From: Candidatus Bathyarchaeota archaeon
GTDB taxonomy: Archaea > Thermoproteota > Bathyarchaeia > Bathyarchaeales > Bathycorpusculaceae
Assembly (NCBI GenBank): GCA_963717465.1
Contig: OY970340.1
Span: 384,001-448,000 of the forward strand
DNA: 64,000 bases
Direction of reading: 5' to 3'
Shown here: piece after piece, positions 11,521 through 21,352 of the stretch
How the letters are laid out: every line of letters begins with the position of its first letter
Position numbering within the stretch: the stretch's first letter is position 1
The notes under the pieces: generated by a model
What the model saw: only the letters and a program-made list of their open reading frames with translations
Databases searched by the model: none
Told to the model about the DNA's origin: nothing
Program-made: the position numbers and the translations under genes

Positions 11521-11655
11521 TAATTAGGTAGCCCTAATATTAATAAGAAAAATCCTTGATAATGAAGATGCTAACGCATTTCGCCACCTAAATTCAACCC
11601 TTTTCAGGTTCATTTCATTCTTCACCGTCGTTCAGAGAGAGGATTAAATTCTATT

Positions 11656-11865
11656 CTAATCTTTTTTAAACACAATTCCAAGGACAGTAGCCACAACAAA
11701 CGTTATCGTGGACGGCCCCAAGGGTTTTTTAGTTCGAGAGCACAGCCGGGAACCGACTGGAGTAACTTTTCCACAGTGCAGACAAACATTGTCATCTTTG
11801 GGCACGAGTTTTCAACGATACTTGCATGGAGATGTGCATCCACAAACCCTATGAACTTCGCTCAT
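11656..11865 (-). pseudogene. Degraded double-zinc-ribbon protein gene
   Basis: Translates MSEVHRVCGCTSPCKYR*KLVPKDDNVCLHCGKVTPVG; the stop and Arg fall where a CxxCG would be expected. Confidence 0.4.
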
Positions 11866-11987
11866 GACTAAATTTTAGTCCCAAAAAAAAGTTTTTCATA
11901 CGGAACCCTTATCTTTATTGACCCGTTTGATTATAAGGATTTTTATAACAAAAGAGGATTTTGTCCGCCTCAATTAGGAAGTAAAAT

Positions 11988-12776
11988 ATGTCCGAAAATA
12001 AACCTGAATGGCCAGAATCTGGCGACCTAGTAATCGCCACAATAGAAAGTGTGATGGATTACGGAGCTTACGCTAATCTTGATGAGTACAAAAAACGCGG
12101 TTTTCTTCACATTTCCGAAATATCCAGCGCCAGAATAAGAAACGTCCGCGACTTCGTTCGCGAAAACCAAAAAATGGTTCTTAAAGTAGTCCATGTGAAC
12201 CTTGAAAAAGGTCACATTGACTTGTCGCTTAGACGAGTTACAAAACGAGAAAGAATCGAAAAAATCAAATCCTGGAAAAAAGATCGCAAAGGCGAAGCAC
12301 TCCTCCACGCCGTAGCAGAAAAAGTTGGCTTGCCTATTCATGAAGTCTATCAGAAAGCTGGCGTAATTCTCGAAGAAAAATACGGTTTGTACGAAGGTTT
12401 CGAAAAAGTAGTAACAGACGGCATAGAAGTTTTAACCAAACTTAACATACCTGAAGATATTGCCAAAGTCATCGCACAAGTTGCAGAAGAACGTATAAAA
12501 ATTAAGATGGTTAAGGTTAGAGGTGTGCTTGAAGTTCGCTGCATAAAGCCCAACGGCGTTAAATGTATTCAGGGCGCGTTTATAGACGCAAAGAAAGCAC
12601 AAAAAGCTAAAGACGTCAAAATAGAATTTTACGTTGTCGCTGCTCCAAAATACAGTTTGGAGGTTTCAGCCGATAATTGGAAACGAGCGGAAGAGTTTCT
12701 GAAAAAAGTAAGCGATAGTGTGATTGCAAACATTACTGAGGCTGGTGGACAGGGGTCTTTTAAGAGGGAGAAATAA
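11988..12776 (+). CDS. eif2a: Translation initiation factor 2 alpha subunit (aIF2-alpha)
   Basis: S1 domain with DYGAY, LHISEIS, GHIDLSLRRV; C-terminal APKY motif. Confidence 0.95.
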   Translation: MSENKPEWPESGDLVIATIESVMDYGAYANLDEYKKRGFLHISEISSARIRNVRDFVRENQKMVLKVVHVNLEKGHIDLSLRRVTKRERIEKIKSWKKDRKGEALLHAVAEKVGLPIHEVYQKAGVILEEKYGLYEGFEKVVTDGIEVLTKLNIPEDIAKVIAQVAEERIKIKMVKVRGVLEVRCIKPNGVKCIQGAFIDAKKAQKAKDVKIEFYVVAAPKYSLEVSADNWKRAEEFLKKVSDSVIANITEAGGQGSFKREK

Positions 12777-12789
12777 AAAAGGTGATAGC

Positions 12790-13113
12790 TTGAGAGATTC
12801 AAATGGATCAGTGGTTTGGGGTCAACTTGAAAAAATCGGCAAAGGTACAAAGGCAAGTTATGATGCTGACAAGCAGGTTATTATTTTATGCTTCAATAAA
12901 AGCCCGCAAACGTCAGGCGAAATTTTAAGAAAATTGCGTGAGCAACTATTAAAAGAACTAAAAGACTTGGGTTACGTAGGCAAAATCAAGTTCAATGGTG
13001 AAGTAATCGTGGACAATGTTGCAAAAGAAGATGTTGTTCTTGTTAAGAAAAATCATAAACTCATAATTCATTTAAACCAAAAAACAACTCAAGAACCTCC
13101 TAAAAAAGAATAA
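12790..13113 (+). CDS. Hypothetical protein
   Basis: TTG start preceded by a GGTGA SD-like motif, just after the aIF2-alpha stop. Confidence 0.55.
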   Translation: MRDSNGSVVWGQLEKIGKGTKASYDADKQVIILCFNKSPQTSGEILRKLREQLLKELKDLGYVGKIKFNGEVIVDNVAKEDVVLVKKNHKLIIHLNQKTTQEPPKKE

Positions 13114-13203
13114 CGCGGTATTTTCTAACCGCAAATCAGTTTTTTGGCACATTAATCGGAAAACCTGCCTTATGGCTTAATAATGAAGATTGCACATTTT
13201 AAC

Positions 13204-13332
13204 AGAGAAATCCCTGAGAGGTAGTGCACGCAAAAGGAGCGGGCACTCATGGCTACTTAATTTTACAAAAGCATGACATTCTATACCAAAGCAAAATTGG
13301 AATTGCGGCTTAAGCTGAGGGTGATTTTCTCT
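13204..13332 (+). ncRNA. Candidate ~130-nt structured RNA or MITE-like element
   Basis: 5' AGAGAAATCCCT can pair with 3' AGGGTGATTTTCTCT; internal AGTGC-A-CGC/GCG-G-GCACT hairpin; AT-rich CTTAATAA about 25 nt upstream. Confidence 0.25.
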
Positions 13333-13419
13333 TCAAACAACTTGATATTGAAGAAAAAAAGATTTGGTAAATAAATACACTACACTTAAGTTTAAACCAA
13401 TAATATCAGCCTATTTTTA

Positions 13420-14292
13420 CTATGCATCAAGCAGTTTTTTTAGCCGCTTGCACAGTTCTCCGCGTTCTGCTGGTTGTTTTGTCCACAGCTCTCGATTTTC
13501 TCTGAATTGTTCGCCTGTAATCTTATGTTGCCTTTGCAAGTCACCCAAAAGTTTTGCGAATCCTTGTAGGTCCAACTGTGCATCGGTTACCTCGTTTACG
13601 GTTTTTCTTTCTGTTACCGTGTTAGCTTCGAATATCTCGCTGTCTGGCGGTGGATAAGTGTTGTATAAGAAACAGGAAAAGTACAAATTACTCCAACCTC
13701 GAGTAAGTGGCAAGCTATTTTTTGCTTTCAGCAACTCAGCCGTATAATGTTCAAATTCTTGTCCCAGCGAAAAATACTTTGTTTGCTCACTCAACCCGTC
13801 AACAACTCGGTTAGCAAAGTGCCGCAGATGCTGATTACTAAATATAGGCAAGATCGTTCCGCTTTCATAATTAAAGCAATAAATGATTTTTTTGGCAAGA
13901 ATCTTGTCTGTTCCCATTCCGCCTATTTTTTCCCAATCAACATCGACTTTTTGTGCCAACGATTTCCTGTTATCGACTGCTATGCGAAGCAAGTTTTTGA
14001 AGATGTTGATTTGTAGTCTGGCGTTGCGGTAAACATTAGAACTGCAAATGGTTGAATACCCCAGAGGTTTAAAGTAACGTTCTAGAAATTGGAAGAATTC
14101 TCCTATTTCATCAGGACTTAATTTGAATAGTTTGTCAGGGTCTAACCACTCTATTGTTCGAAGATTTTCAGTGAAGGGATATTTTTGCCTAAGCTCCTTG
14201 AGTAATCCGTTTGAGCTTTCAACGTCGTGTTTTGTTGAGTTAAGTTTATCGTAAGTGTTGGCTTTTTCAAGCATGCCGTTTGATCTAGACAT
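13420..14292 (-). CDS. Hypothetical protein
   Basis: 290-aa uninterrupted ORF; no confident family. Confidence 0.75.
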   Translation of the reverse strand: MSRSNGMLEKANTYDKLNSTKHDVESSNGLLKELRQKYPFTENLRTIEWLDPDKLFKLSPDEIGEFFQFLERYFKPLGYSTICSSNVYRNARLQINIFKNLLRIAVDNRKSLAQKVDVDWEKIGGMGTDKILAKKIIYCFNYESGTILPIFSNQHLRHFANRVVDGLSEQTKYFSLGQEFEHYTAELLKAKNSLPLTRGWSNLYFSCFLYNTYPPPDSEIFEANTVTERKTVNEVTDAQLDLQGFAKLLGDLQRQHKITGEQFRENRELWTKQPAERGELCKRLKKLLDA

Positions 14293-14494
14293 TTAAACCA
14301 TACCTTAATGAGATTGTGGGTCTAATAAGACTTACAAGTATGTAGTTGTTGTTGTCAACTTTTCAGTTGCGGGCAACTTTGAATGCGCCATTCTTCATGT
14401 GGTAGAAAAGTTGGCGTGCGTTATTGGTTTATAAGCGTCAAGGCTATTAATACTCATGATTTAGTAAACTGTTTATTGGGGAGAGAAAGGAATT

Positions 14495-14638
14495 TTGACT
14501 TATAAAAATTCGTATTATAGAACAACATATTTGTTTAAGTGTAGAATGTGCAAGGCCTGTTTTTCCAATCCTGACGAGTTAAGAATACACAGTGCGACAG
14601 AGCATAAGGGGCACATGCTTCTCAAAATAAAAAGTTGA
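14495..14638 (+). CDS. 47-aa single C2H2 zinc-finger microprotein (absent from ORF track)
   Basis: FKCRMCKACFSNPDELRIHSATEH fits F-x-C-x2-C-x3-F-x5-L-x2-H-x4-H; TTG start with purine-rich leader. Confidence 0.7.
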   Translation: MTYKNSYYRTTYLFKCRMCKACFSNPDELRIHSATEHKGHMLLKIKS

Positions 14639-14890
14639 TAAGGAATATTGCTTTTGTCAGCCACAGAAACCGCGGCTAAATCCTCACTTTTTAGCGTTTA
14701 GAATTGGGATTTTGACAAGTCTGGTTGCACATATTCTGGAGAAGATTTTGTGAGTAAAAGCAGATTTTTTGATTCAGCAAATTGCTTGAATTGCATGTAT
14801 AAAGGAGGCAATTACTGTTGGAGCCAATGTTCCCTTAACATTTGGAAGAGAGGCAAGGAATATTAAGACTTTTACTGGATTGTTTTTGAT

Positions 14891-15088
14891 ATGGAAGATT
14901 TTGAAAGATTAAGCAGTAAAGTTCTCACTAAAACTTGCTCCTGTGGCATCTCGTTCAAAACGTATGACCCAAGAAAAGTGTACCATTCAAACAAGTGTAG
15001 GTCAAATTGCGTTAGGAAAAGAAATGAAGCCGTAGTGCAAAGAAGGAAACTATGGCAAAAGAAGTTAAAAGAGCAACGTGTGCGCTGA
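14891..15088 (+). CDS. Small basic Cys/His-rich (probable Zn-binding) protein
   Basis: CSCGISF...YHSNKCR motif followed by a basic helix. Confidence 0.55.
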   Translation: MEDFERLSSKVLTKTCSCGISFKTYDPRKVYHSNKCRSNCVRKRNEAVVQRRKLWQKKLKEQRVR

Positions 15089-15093
15089 TAAAT

Positions 15094-15492
15094 ATGAACG
15101 CAAAGCAATTCTTCAAAATCGAAGTTAGCATAAGTTGGGGGCATTTGATTAGGGAAAAGAAGGCTCTGACTAAAGACGAAGAGAATCTTAGAGAAGCAAT
15201 AAGGGCTTATCGTGATGGAATCAAAAAAGCATGGGACATTTACACCCAAGACAACAGGATAGTAAAGGAAGCAAAGAAGACTCTTGACTCAGCAATAGAT
15301 GAAGCATACAAATTATGCTTGCCTGAACATGGAGAGAGAATGGCACAAACAGAATACGAACAGGCAACTAAACTTTATTTAAAAACTCTGTACAAAGTTC
15401 ACCGCAAGTTTGCGGATACGATTGAAAAAGTTTGGAGTGTTTTCATTAAAGACATGGAAACTTCTCCAAGGCTAACCAAGAAGAATACTTAG
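15094..15492 (+). CDS. Hypothetical helical protein
   Basis: ORF directly downstream of 14891-15088. Confidence 0.55.
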   Translation: MNAKQFFKIEVSISWGHLIREKKALTKDEENLREAIRAYRDGIKKAWDIYTQDNRIVKEAKKTLDSAIDEAYKLCLPEHGERMAQTEYEQATKLYLKTLYKVHRKFADTIEKVWSVFIKDMETSPRLTKKNT

Positions 15493-15635
15493 CTGAACCA
15501 AAAGCCTTATTGTTTCGCCATAGGCTTAGGTGCAAGGCTCAAAATTTTTAACGAAATAATTTTTATTGCCCTCCTCCCTCATGTTCCAAGAGGTATCAAC
15601 GGCAACATTGCCAACAATAGTTAAGGTGTACACGC

Positions 15636-16544
15636 TTGAAAGTTAAAGAAATAGGGAAAAACTTGTTTTTAATCGACTTGGAAACTGGAGGGTTTAAGAA
15701 ATCTTTTTGCAGCTACGTCATAAAAGGCGCTAAAAGCAGCATTGTAGAATCTGGTCCAACCTCTTCGATTCCCAATCTCTTCTCAGGCTTAAAGGAGCTA
15801 AATATCAAGCCCAGCGAAGTTGAGTATGTAGCCTTAACTCATGTGCACATAGATCACGGCGGAGGCGCAGGCACTCTGCTAAATTCTCTGCCAAACGCCA
15901 AAGTGCTTGTTCACCCAAAGGGTTTGCCTCACCTGATTAACCCTGAAAAGCTTTGGCAACAATCACAAATAGTTCTTGGACCTGTCAGCGAAATTTTAGG
16001 CAAACCTGAACCTGTCCCAAATGAAAGAATAATCTCAGTCAAAGATGAATCCTTCAAAATTAATGACAAATCAGAACTGCAAGTTATTGAGGCACCCGGT
16101 CATGCTTCACATAATCTATGCTTTTACGAAACCCTAAACCGTGGAATCTTTACAGGCGACACTGCAGGTGCGTATTACCCAGAATTTGACGCTGTCCTGC
16201 CAACGACGCCGCCTCCATTTTATTTAGTCCCAGCATTGCATTCAATCGATAGATTGATCAGCCTAAAACCAGAATTCTTGTATTATAGCCATTTTGGATT
16301 AGGCTCAGATGCCATACAACGATTAAAAGATTATAAAGCGCAGATTCAATTATGGGCAGACATTGCAGTTGAAGGCGTAAAAGAGAAACAGGGTTTCGAA
16401 GCAATTCTGGCTAACATTGTTTCCCAAGACAAAGCTATGAATCGAATGCATGATTATTTGAGAAACCACAAGATTTATTCAAAAACCGAGTTAATCAACA
16501 GTGTACAAGGCTTTATTGAATTAGCTCAAAGAGCATTGCCTTAA
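15636..16544 (+). CDS. MBL-fold metallo-hydrolase
   Basis: THVHIDHGGG, PGHASH, FTGD, YSHFG. Confidence 0.9.
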   Translation: MKVKEIGKNLFLIDLETGGFKKSFCSYVIKGAKSSIVESGPTSSIPNLFSGLKELNIKPSEVEYVALTHVHIDHGGGAGTLLNSLPNAKVLVHPKGLPHLINPEKLWQQSQIVLGPVSEILGKPEPVPNERIISVKDESFKINDKSELQVIEAPGHASHNLCFYETLNRGIFTGDTAGAYYPEFDAVLPTTPPPFYLVPALHSIDRLISLKPEFLYYSHFGLGSDAIQRLKDYKAQIQLWADIAVEGVKEKQGFEAILANIVSQDKAMNRMHDYLRNHKIYSKTELINSVQGFIELAQRALP

Positions 16545-16589
16545 ACGAATTGATAATGTTTTATAGTCACGATCATTCAATGTTTCAAG

Positions 16590-18077
16590 GTGAAGTTTTT
16601 GGGCGAAGACGAAGGCAGAACATCTCCAGAACATGTTCCGTTAGAAAAAGTAAACGATTATTCATGGCGTATTCCAAAATACAAGACAGCTATGCGTGTT
16701 CCAGGCATGGTTTTTGCAAACCAAGAGCTCTTGGAAAAAATGAAGACTGATCGTACTCTTTGGCAATGCGTCAACGTTACACAGTTACCAGGCATATACA
16801 AGCATGCAATAACATTGCCTGATGGACATGAAGGCTACGGCTTCCCCATAGGAGGCGTTGCAGCAACTGATTATGATGAAGGCGTCATAAGCCCAGGCGG
16901 CGTCGGATACGACATTAACTGCGGAGTCCGATTACTAACAACTAATTTTTCTGAGAAAGAATTAAGGCCAAAACTTGCACCTTTAGCAGAAACAATTTTC
17001 CACAATGTACCCTCTGGTCTTGGAAGCCGACGCAAAGACCTTAAAATATCCGCAGGCGACTTAGACCGTTTAGAAGTCGAAGGCGTAAATTGGCTAATTG
17101 ATCAAGGTTTAGGATGGCCTGAAGATGCACAGCACTGCGAAGAACACGGTTGCATGCCAAACGCTAATCCAGACCTGGTTTCAAACACGGCTAAAAGCAG
17201 AGGCTTAACACAGATTGGCACTTTAGGTTCGGGAAACCATTTTCTTGAAATACAAAAAATCGACAAGATATATAATCAAAAGGCAGCAAAAACTTTCGGC
17301 CTTGAACATGAAGGCCAAGTAACCGTTATGATTCATTGCGGTTCAAGAGGCTTTGGTCACCAAGTATGCTCAGACTATTTACGCGTAATGGAACATGCAT
17401 CACAAAAATACAAAATAGCATTACCTGACCGAGAATTAGCCTGCGCACCAGGAAACAGCAAGGAAGCAAAAGATTATTTCCAAGCCATGACCTGCGCAGT
17501 AAACTATGCCTTTTCAAACCGCCAAGCCATCATGCATTGGGTCCGACAAAGTTTCCAGCAAGTCCTCCATGAAGATCCAGAAAAGTTCGGGTTAAAACTC
17601 CTATACGATGTTGCCCACAACATTGCCAAAATTGAAAATCACACTGTTGATGGCACTCAAAAGAAAGTTTGGGTTCACCGAAAAGGTGCAACACGCGCCT
17701 TCCCTCCTGGGCATCCTGATGTTCCAGCTGATTACCGAAGCGAAGGGCAACCGGTTCTTATTCCAGGCAGCATGGGCACAAGTTCATGGGTTCTTGTGGG
17801 TTCACAGAAAGCTATGGATTTGACGTTTGGTTCAACAGCGCATGGTGCCGGCAGAATGATGAGCCGTTCAGCAGCAAAACGGCAGTATTGGGGCGGTGAC
17901 ATTAAGGCTAGCTTAGAAAAGCGAGGTATTGTTGTCCGCGCTGCAAGCGCATCAGTGTTAGCTGAAGAGGCAGATCCAGCTTACAAGAATGTTGATGTTG
18001 TAGTTGATGTTAGCGACAAAGTTGGAATTGCCACTAAAGTTGCAAGGCTAGTTCCATTAGCGGTAATAAAAGGCTAA
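16590..18077 (+). CDS. rtcB: RNA-splicing ligase RtcB
   Basis: PDGHEGYGFPIG, GYDINCG, GSGNHF, HCGSRG, HRKGA, HGAGR; no intein seen. Confidence 0.97.
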   Translation: MKFLGEDEGRTSPEHVPLEKVNDYSWRIPKYKTAMRVPGMVFANQELLEKMKTDRTLWQCVNVTQLPGIYKHAITLPDGHEGYGFPIGGVAATDYDEGVISPGGVGYDINCGVRLLTTNFSEKELRPKLAPLAETIFHNVPSGLGSRRKDLKISAGDLDRLEVEGVNWLIDQGLGWPEDAQHCEEHGCMPNANPDLVSNTAKSRGLTQIGTLGSGNHFLEIQKIDKIYNQKAAKTFGLEHEGQVTVMIHCGSRGFGHQVCSDYLRVMEHASQKYKIALPDRELACAPGNSKEAKDYFQAMTCAVNYAFSNRQAIMHWVRQSFQQVLHEDPEKFGLKLLYDVAHNIAKIENHTVDGTQKKVWVHRKGATRAFPPGHPDVPADYRSEGQPVLIPGSMGTSSWVLVGSQKAMDLTFGSTAHGAGRMMSRSAAKRQYWGGDIKASLEKRGIVVRAASASVLAEEADPAYKNVDVVVDVSDKVGIATKVARLVPLAVIKG

Positions 18078-18191
18078 ACCATTTCGTCTTTTTCCTGCAA
18101 TTTTCAGGTTTGATTTGGGGAAAACTAAAACTACAACCTTAATAATGCTCCTGCAAGTTTTAATCGTTAAATGAGAGAGCGGGAGCATTAA

Positions 18192-19724
18192 TTGAAAAAG
18201 CAGGAAATTAGACTTCGCTACAGCGGTTTCATAGTCTTTGGAACCCAGGTGCTGAGCGTGATAACTGGACTCATTTTTACGCTTCTGCTAACCCGCAATA
18301 TGAACCCTGCTCAGTATGGCATTTGGACCAACATTTTTGACTATACGGGATATTTTGTAATGTTCAGTGGTTTGCTGCCGTTCTGGGCGACAAGGTTTGT
18401 GGCAAGAAATATAAAAGGAACTGCTAAAACCTCAGTCTTGGCGCAATTTCTCTTAGCACTCATCTCGTTTGTCGCATATTTTCCCGCAATAATTCTAATT
18501 TCTCAAGCCATTGGAACCCAAGCATATTTGCCAATTTACTTCATTGCAGGCGGCTACATTCTAACTTATTTCATGATTAACATTTTCGAAAGCATACTGC
18601 AATCCACCAAACCTCAAGCTGTCGGTTACGGGTTGATGATTGAAGAAATCTCAAAAGTCTCCATAGCATTAATTGTTATCCTTGGTTTTCGACAGCTTTT
18701 TCTTGGAGCAATATTAGCTTTAGTTGTTTCATGCATAATCCAAATAGTCTATTACTATGCGCTTCTGAGGCATGAGTTTAATGAGAAAACAAACTGGAGC
18801 TATCTCAAAGAGTGGCTGAAAGGCTCCACGGCAATTGCTTACAACTCCATCGGTTCCCAGATATTCTCCTTTGTCTACATCTTGCTCTTCATTTACGGTG
18901 GAGCTGCCACGAGGGCTTATTATCAAGCAGCCTTCACTTTTACAAATATTGTTGGCTACTCTGCCTCATTGGCGTTTGCAGTTTACCCCAAATTGCTATC
19001 GAACTCTTGTTCAGAAGAGCAAATCGGAACTTCGTTTAGAACGGTCTTAATGTTGGCTATTCCGTTTGCAACCATAGTAATGGTAATGTCGACCTCGTTT
19101 TTAATTGTCCTAAACAGTGCTTATGCCGTAGCTTGGCCAGTCTTAATTGCATTAACGTTTGACACATTAATCAGTATAATATTCTCCTTTTACTCCAACA
19201 TTTTAATGGGCAGGGAAGCCTTCGACTCAGAGGGCAAAATCTCTCTTCGCAAACTTGTCCGAAGCAAAATCATCTTGGTATTCAGCGTTTCATACATTCA
19301 AGCAGCAATCGCCTTACCCGTAACATATTACGTTTTAACAGCCTTACCAATTGCAGGCTCTGTGCAGGCAACCTTAGATGTAATCCTCATACTATTCGGC
19401 GTTCACCTCTCAACATTTATCGGCCTTTACGCCTTTTTGCATCATAAAATATGGATTCCTGTGGCTTGGAAAGGCATAGCCGAATACATTTTATCAGCGC
19501 TCCTCATGGGAGGCATCATGCTTTTCGTGATACCAGCCCCGACGACATTGCTCCCTACAATCGGCAAAGCAATTGCAGGATTCGGAATTTACGTACTATT
19601 ACTGTTAGCAATAGACAAACAAGCACGCGAACTAATACGATTAATCTGGAAGGAAATCAAGGGCAGCATACAACAAGTAGAAACAAATAACATTAGTAAG
19701 ATTCAGGAAAACTCTAGCACATAA
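18192..19724 (+). CDS. MOP-superfamily flippase-like membrane protein
   Basis: Many TM helices; LLTR...YGIW N-terminal pattern typical of polysaccharide flippases. Confidence 0.75.
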   Translation: MKKQEIRLRYSGFIVFGTQVLSVITGLIFTLLLTRNMNPAQYGIWTNIFDYTGYFVMFSGLLPFWATRFVARNIKGTAKTSVLAQFLLALISFVAYFPAIILISQAIGTQAYLPIYFIAGGYILTYFMINIFESILQSTKPQAVGYGLMIEEISKVSIALIVILGFRQLFLGAILALVVSCIIQIVYYYALLRHEFNEKTNWSYLKEWLKGSTAIAYNSIGSQIFSFVYILLFIYGGAATRAYYQAAFTFTNIVGYSASLAFAVYPKLLSNSCSEEQIGTSFRTVLMLAIPFATIVMVMSTSFLIVLNSAYAVAWPVLIALTFDTLISIIFSFYSNILMGREAFDSEGKISLRKLVRSKIILVFSVSYIQAAIALPVTYYVLTALPIAGSVQATLDVILILFGVHLSTFIGLYAFLHHKIWIPVAWKGIAEYILSALLMGGIMLFVIPAPTTLLPTIGKAIAGFGIYVLLLLAIDKQARELIRLIWKEIKGSIQQVETNNISKIQENSST

Positions 19725-19800
19725 GGACTCAAAGTTAATAAGGCGAAATGAAAAGAATACTCAAACATTTTCAAGCATACTAAGCAAAGGTTGATCAATC

Positions 19801-20445
19801 GTGAAGGATGAATGCAGCATCTGCGGAAGGGTTCTTAATGTTGCTTACATGAGAAAATGCGAGCGGTGCCGTAAAATCTTCTGCAGAGACTGCATGGTTC
19901 CCGATGTATCCACGGGAGACGTGAATGCAATGTTATGTTTGCATTGTGCGCGACGTGTTGTTTCTCCGCGGTCAGTATCCAAATATTACGGGTTAGAGCA
20001 GCATTTAAAATTTAGAGCCGCCTTTACAGGGTTAGTCAAACTATCTTTTGCAAGAATCGACGGTTTAATCGGCAGCAATCTTCCGATGGAGGCTTTTCAA
20101 GATGCTTCATGGTGGAGTAATTCGTCATCGAGTGTTCATGCGAAGGCTTGGCTAAATGCGGGCTGGGAAGTCCAGGAAGTTAACCTCAAAGAAGGCTATG
20201 TCATCTTCAAAAAAGTGCGTGAAGTAACGTTTAAGCAATCTAAGAGGCAAAAATTAGAGATCGATAAGCCTTTCATACCTGTTCCTGTCCACCCTTATAA
20301 ACGCAAGACGCCTTCTAAAACAAAAGTGTCAAAGCTTTATGCGAGAATCAAGAACCTGGAGCGTCAACGCGCCGAGGGGCATAGTCAGATTAGGGGTTTT
20401 AAGCCAAAGTCTAATCATGAGAAAAAGCTTTTTAAAACAAAGTAG
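19801..20445 (+). CDS. Cys-rich Zn-finger plus DUF7662-like domain protein
   Basis: Four CxxC pairs, then LSF..I..LIG..LP...WWSN...HAKAWL.AGW motif and a basic tail. Confidence 0.7.
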   Translation: MKDECSICGRVLNVAYMRKCERCRKIFCRDCMVPDVSTGDVNAMLCLHCARRVVSPRSVSKYYGLEQHLKFRAAFTGLVKLSFARIDGLIGSNLPMEAFQDASWWSNSSSSVHAKAWLNAGWEVQEVNLKEGYVIFKKVREVTFKQSKRQKLEIDKPFIPVPVHPYKRKTPSKTKVSKLYARIKNLERQRAEGHSQIRGFKPKSNHEKKLFKTK

Positions 20446-20481
20446 AAACCATTTCAAGAGAAATTCTTTGAAGGCATCTAT

Positions 20482-21009
20482 GTGACTGTACAAACAATTA
20501 GAATGGAGCCAAATGAAGCCTTTTTGAAAATTAAAGAAGAACTAACCAAAAGAGGCTGCAAAATAATTTCAGACAACTTGCCTAAACAAATTATTGCTAA
20601 GCAGGGTTCCATTTGGGGATTGTCACCAAAAACTGCCCAAAAAATTGTGACAATAGATTTGGAGAAAGCTGAGTTTGGAACAAAAATAACATGTTCTTCA
20701 AAGTTAGGCAGCAGCTGGAAAAACTTGACAATAATCGGCACAGCCTTATCAATCGTTGTTGTAGGCATTTGCCTGTGGATCGCATACGACTTAAACGTGT
20801 TTTTAGCATCAAGACAGCCTAACTATTGGAGCTGGCTAATATCTGTTGGTGGTGCCGTTTATGTTCAAATAGCACAATCGCTTGTTTCCACGATGGAAAT
20901 CCTTGCCGTTTCACTTTCCAGTATAATCGTTTTCGAAACAATAATCGCTTTGTACGCACAACGGAGAGTTAACCTGTTTGCAGAAGAAATGCTAAGAGAA
21001 TTGAAGTAG
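20482..21009 (+). CDS. Hypothetical membrane protein
   Basis: Soluble N-terminus plus two C-terminal hydrophobic helices. Confidence 0.7.
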   Translation: MTVQTIRMEPNEAFLKIKEELTKRGCKIISDNLPKQIIAKQGSIWGLSPKTAQKIVTIDLEKAEFGTKITCSSKLGSSWKNLTIIGTALSIVVVGICLWIAYDLNVFLASRQPNYWSWLISVGGAVYVQIAQSLVSTMEILAVSLSSIIVFETIIALYAQRRVNLFAEEMLRELK

Positions 21010-21152
21010 ATAAATGCCGCTTTAAGGCAGTTTGGTAATCTTGAAACATGGTAGCAATCATAATTCCTCCTGTGGAAACAGTGGAGAACGATAACAAACA
21101 TGGCCCAATCAAAATACTTATCATTAACAGAGCTAACTATCTACAACATTAT

Positions 21153-21231
21153 GCGGTCGTCGTCTAGTCTGGTTTAGGACATTAGCCTTCCAAGCTAATG
21201 ATCCCGGGTTCAAATCCCGGCGACCGCACCA
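21153..21231 (+). tRNA. tRNA-Gly(TCC), CCA encoded
   Basis: GCGGTCG/CGACCGC acceptor stem, TTAGC-CTTCCAA-GCTAA anticodon arm, CCGGG-TTCAAAT-CCCGG T arm. Confidence 0.97.
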
Positions 21232-21352
21232 CTTTCTTAAAAAGCTGGATGTTGAATTTAGGAAAGACCACCAATAACCTTGTTTAAGTTAAAAATAGAC
21301 GTGTTTATAGCAACCTATTTACATTTTTTAAATTGTAAAATAAAATCTTCGC

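Noticed and set aside
8562..18077. Archease and RtcB as a novel linked system
   Set aside because: Their partnership is well established, and here they are about 7.5 kb apart with unrelated genes between.
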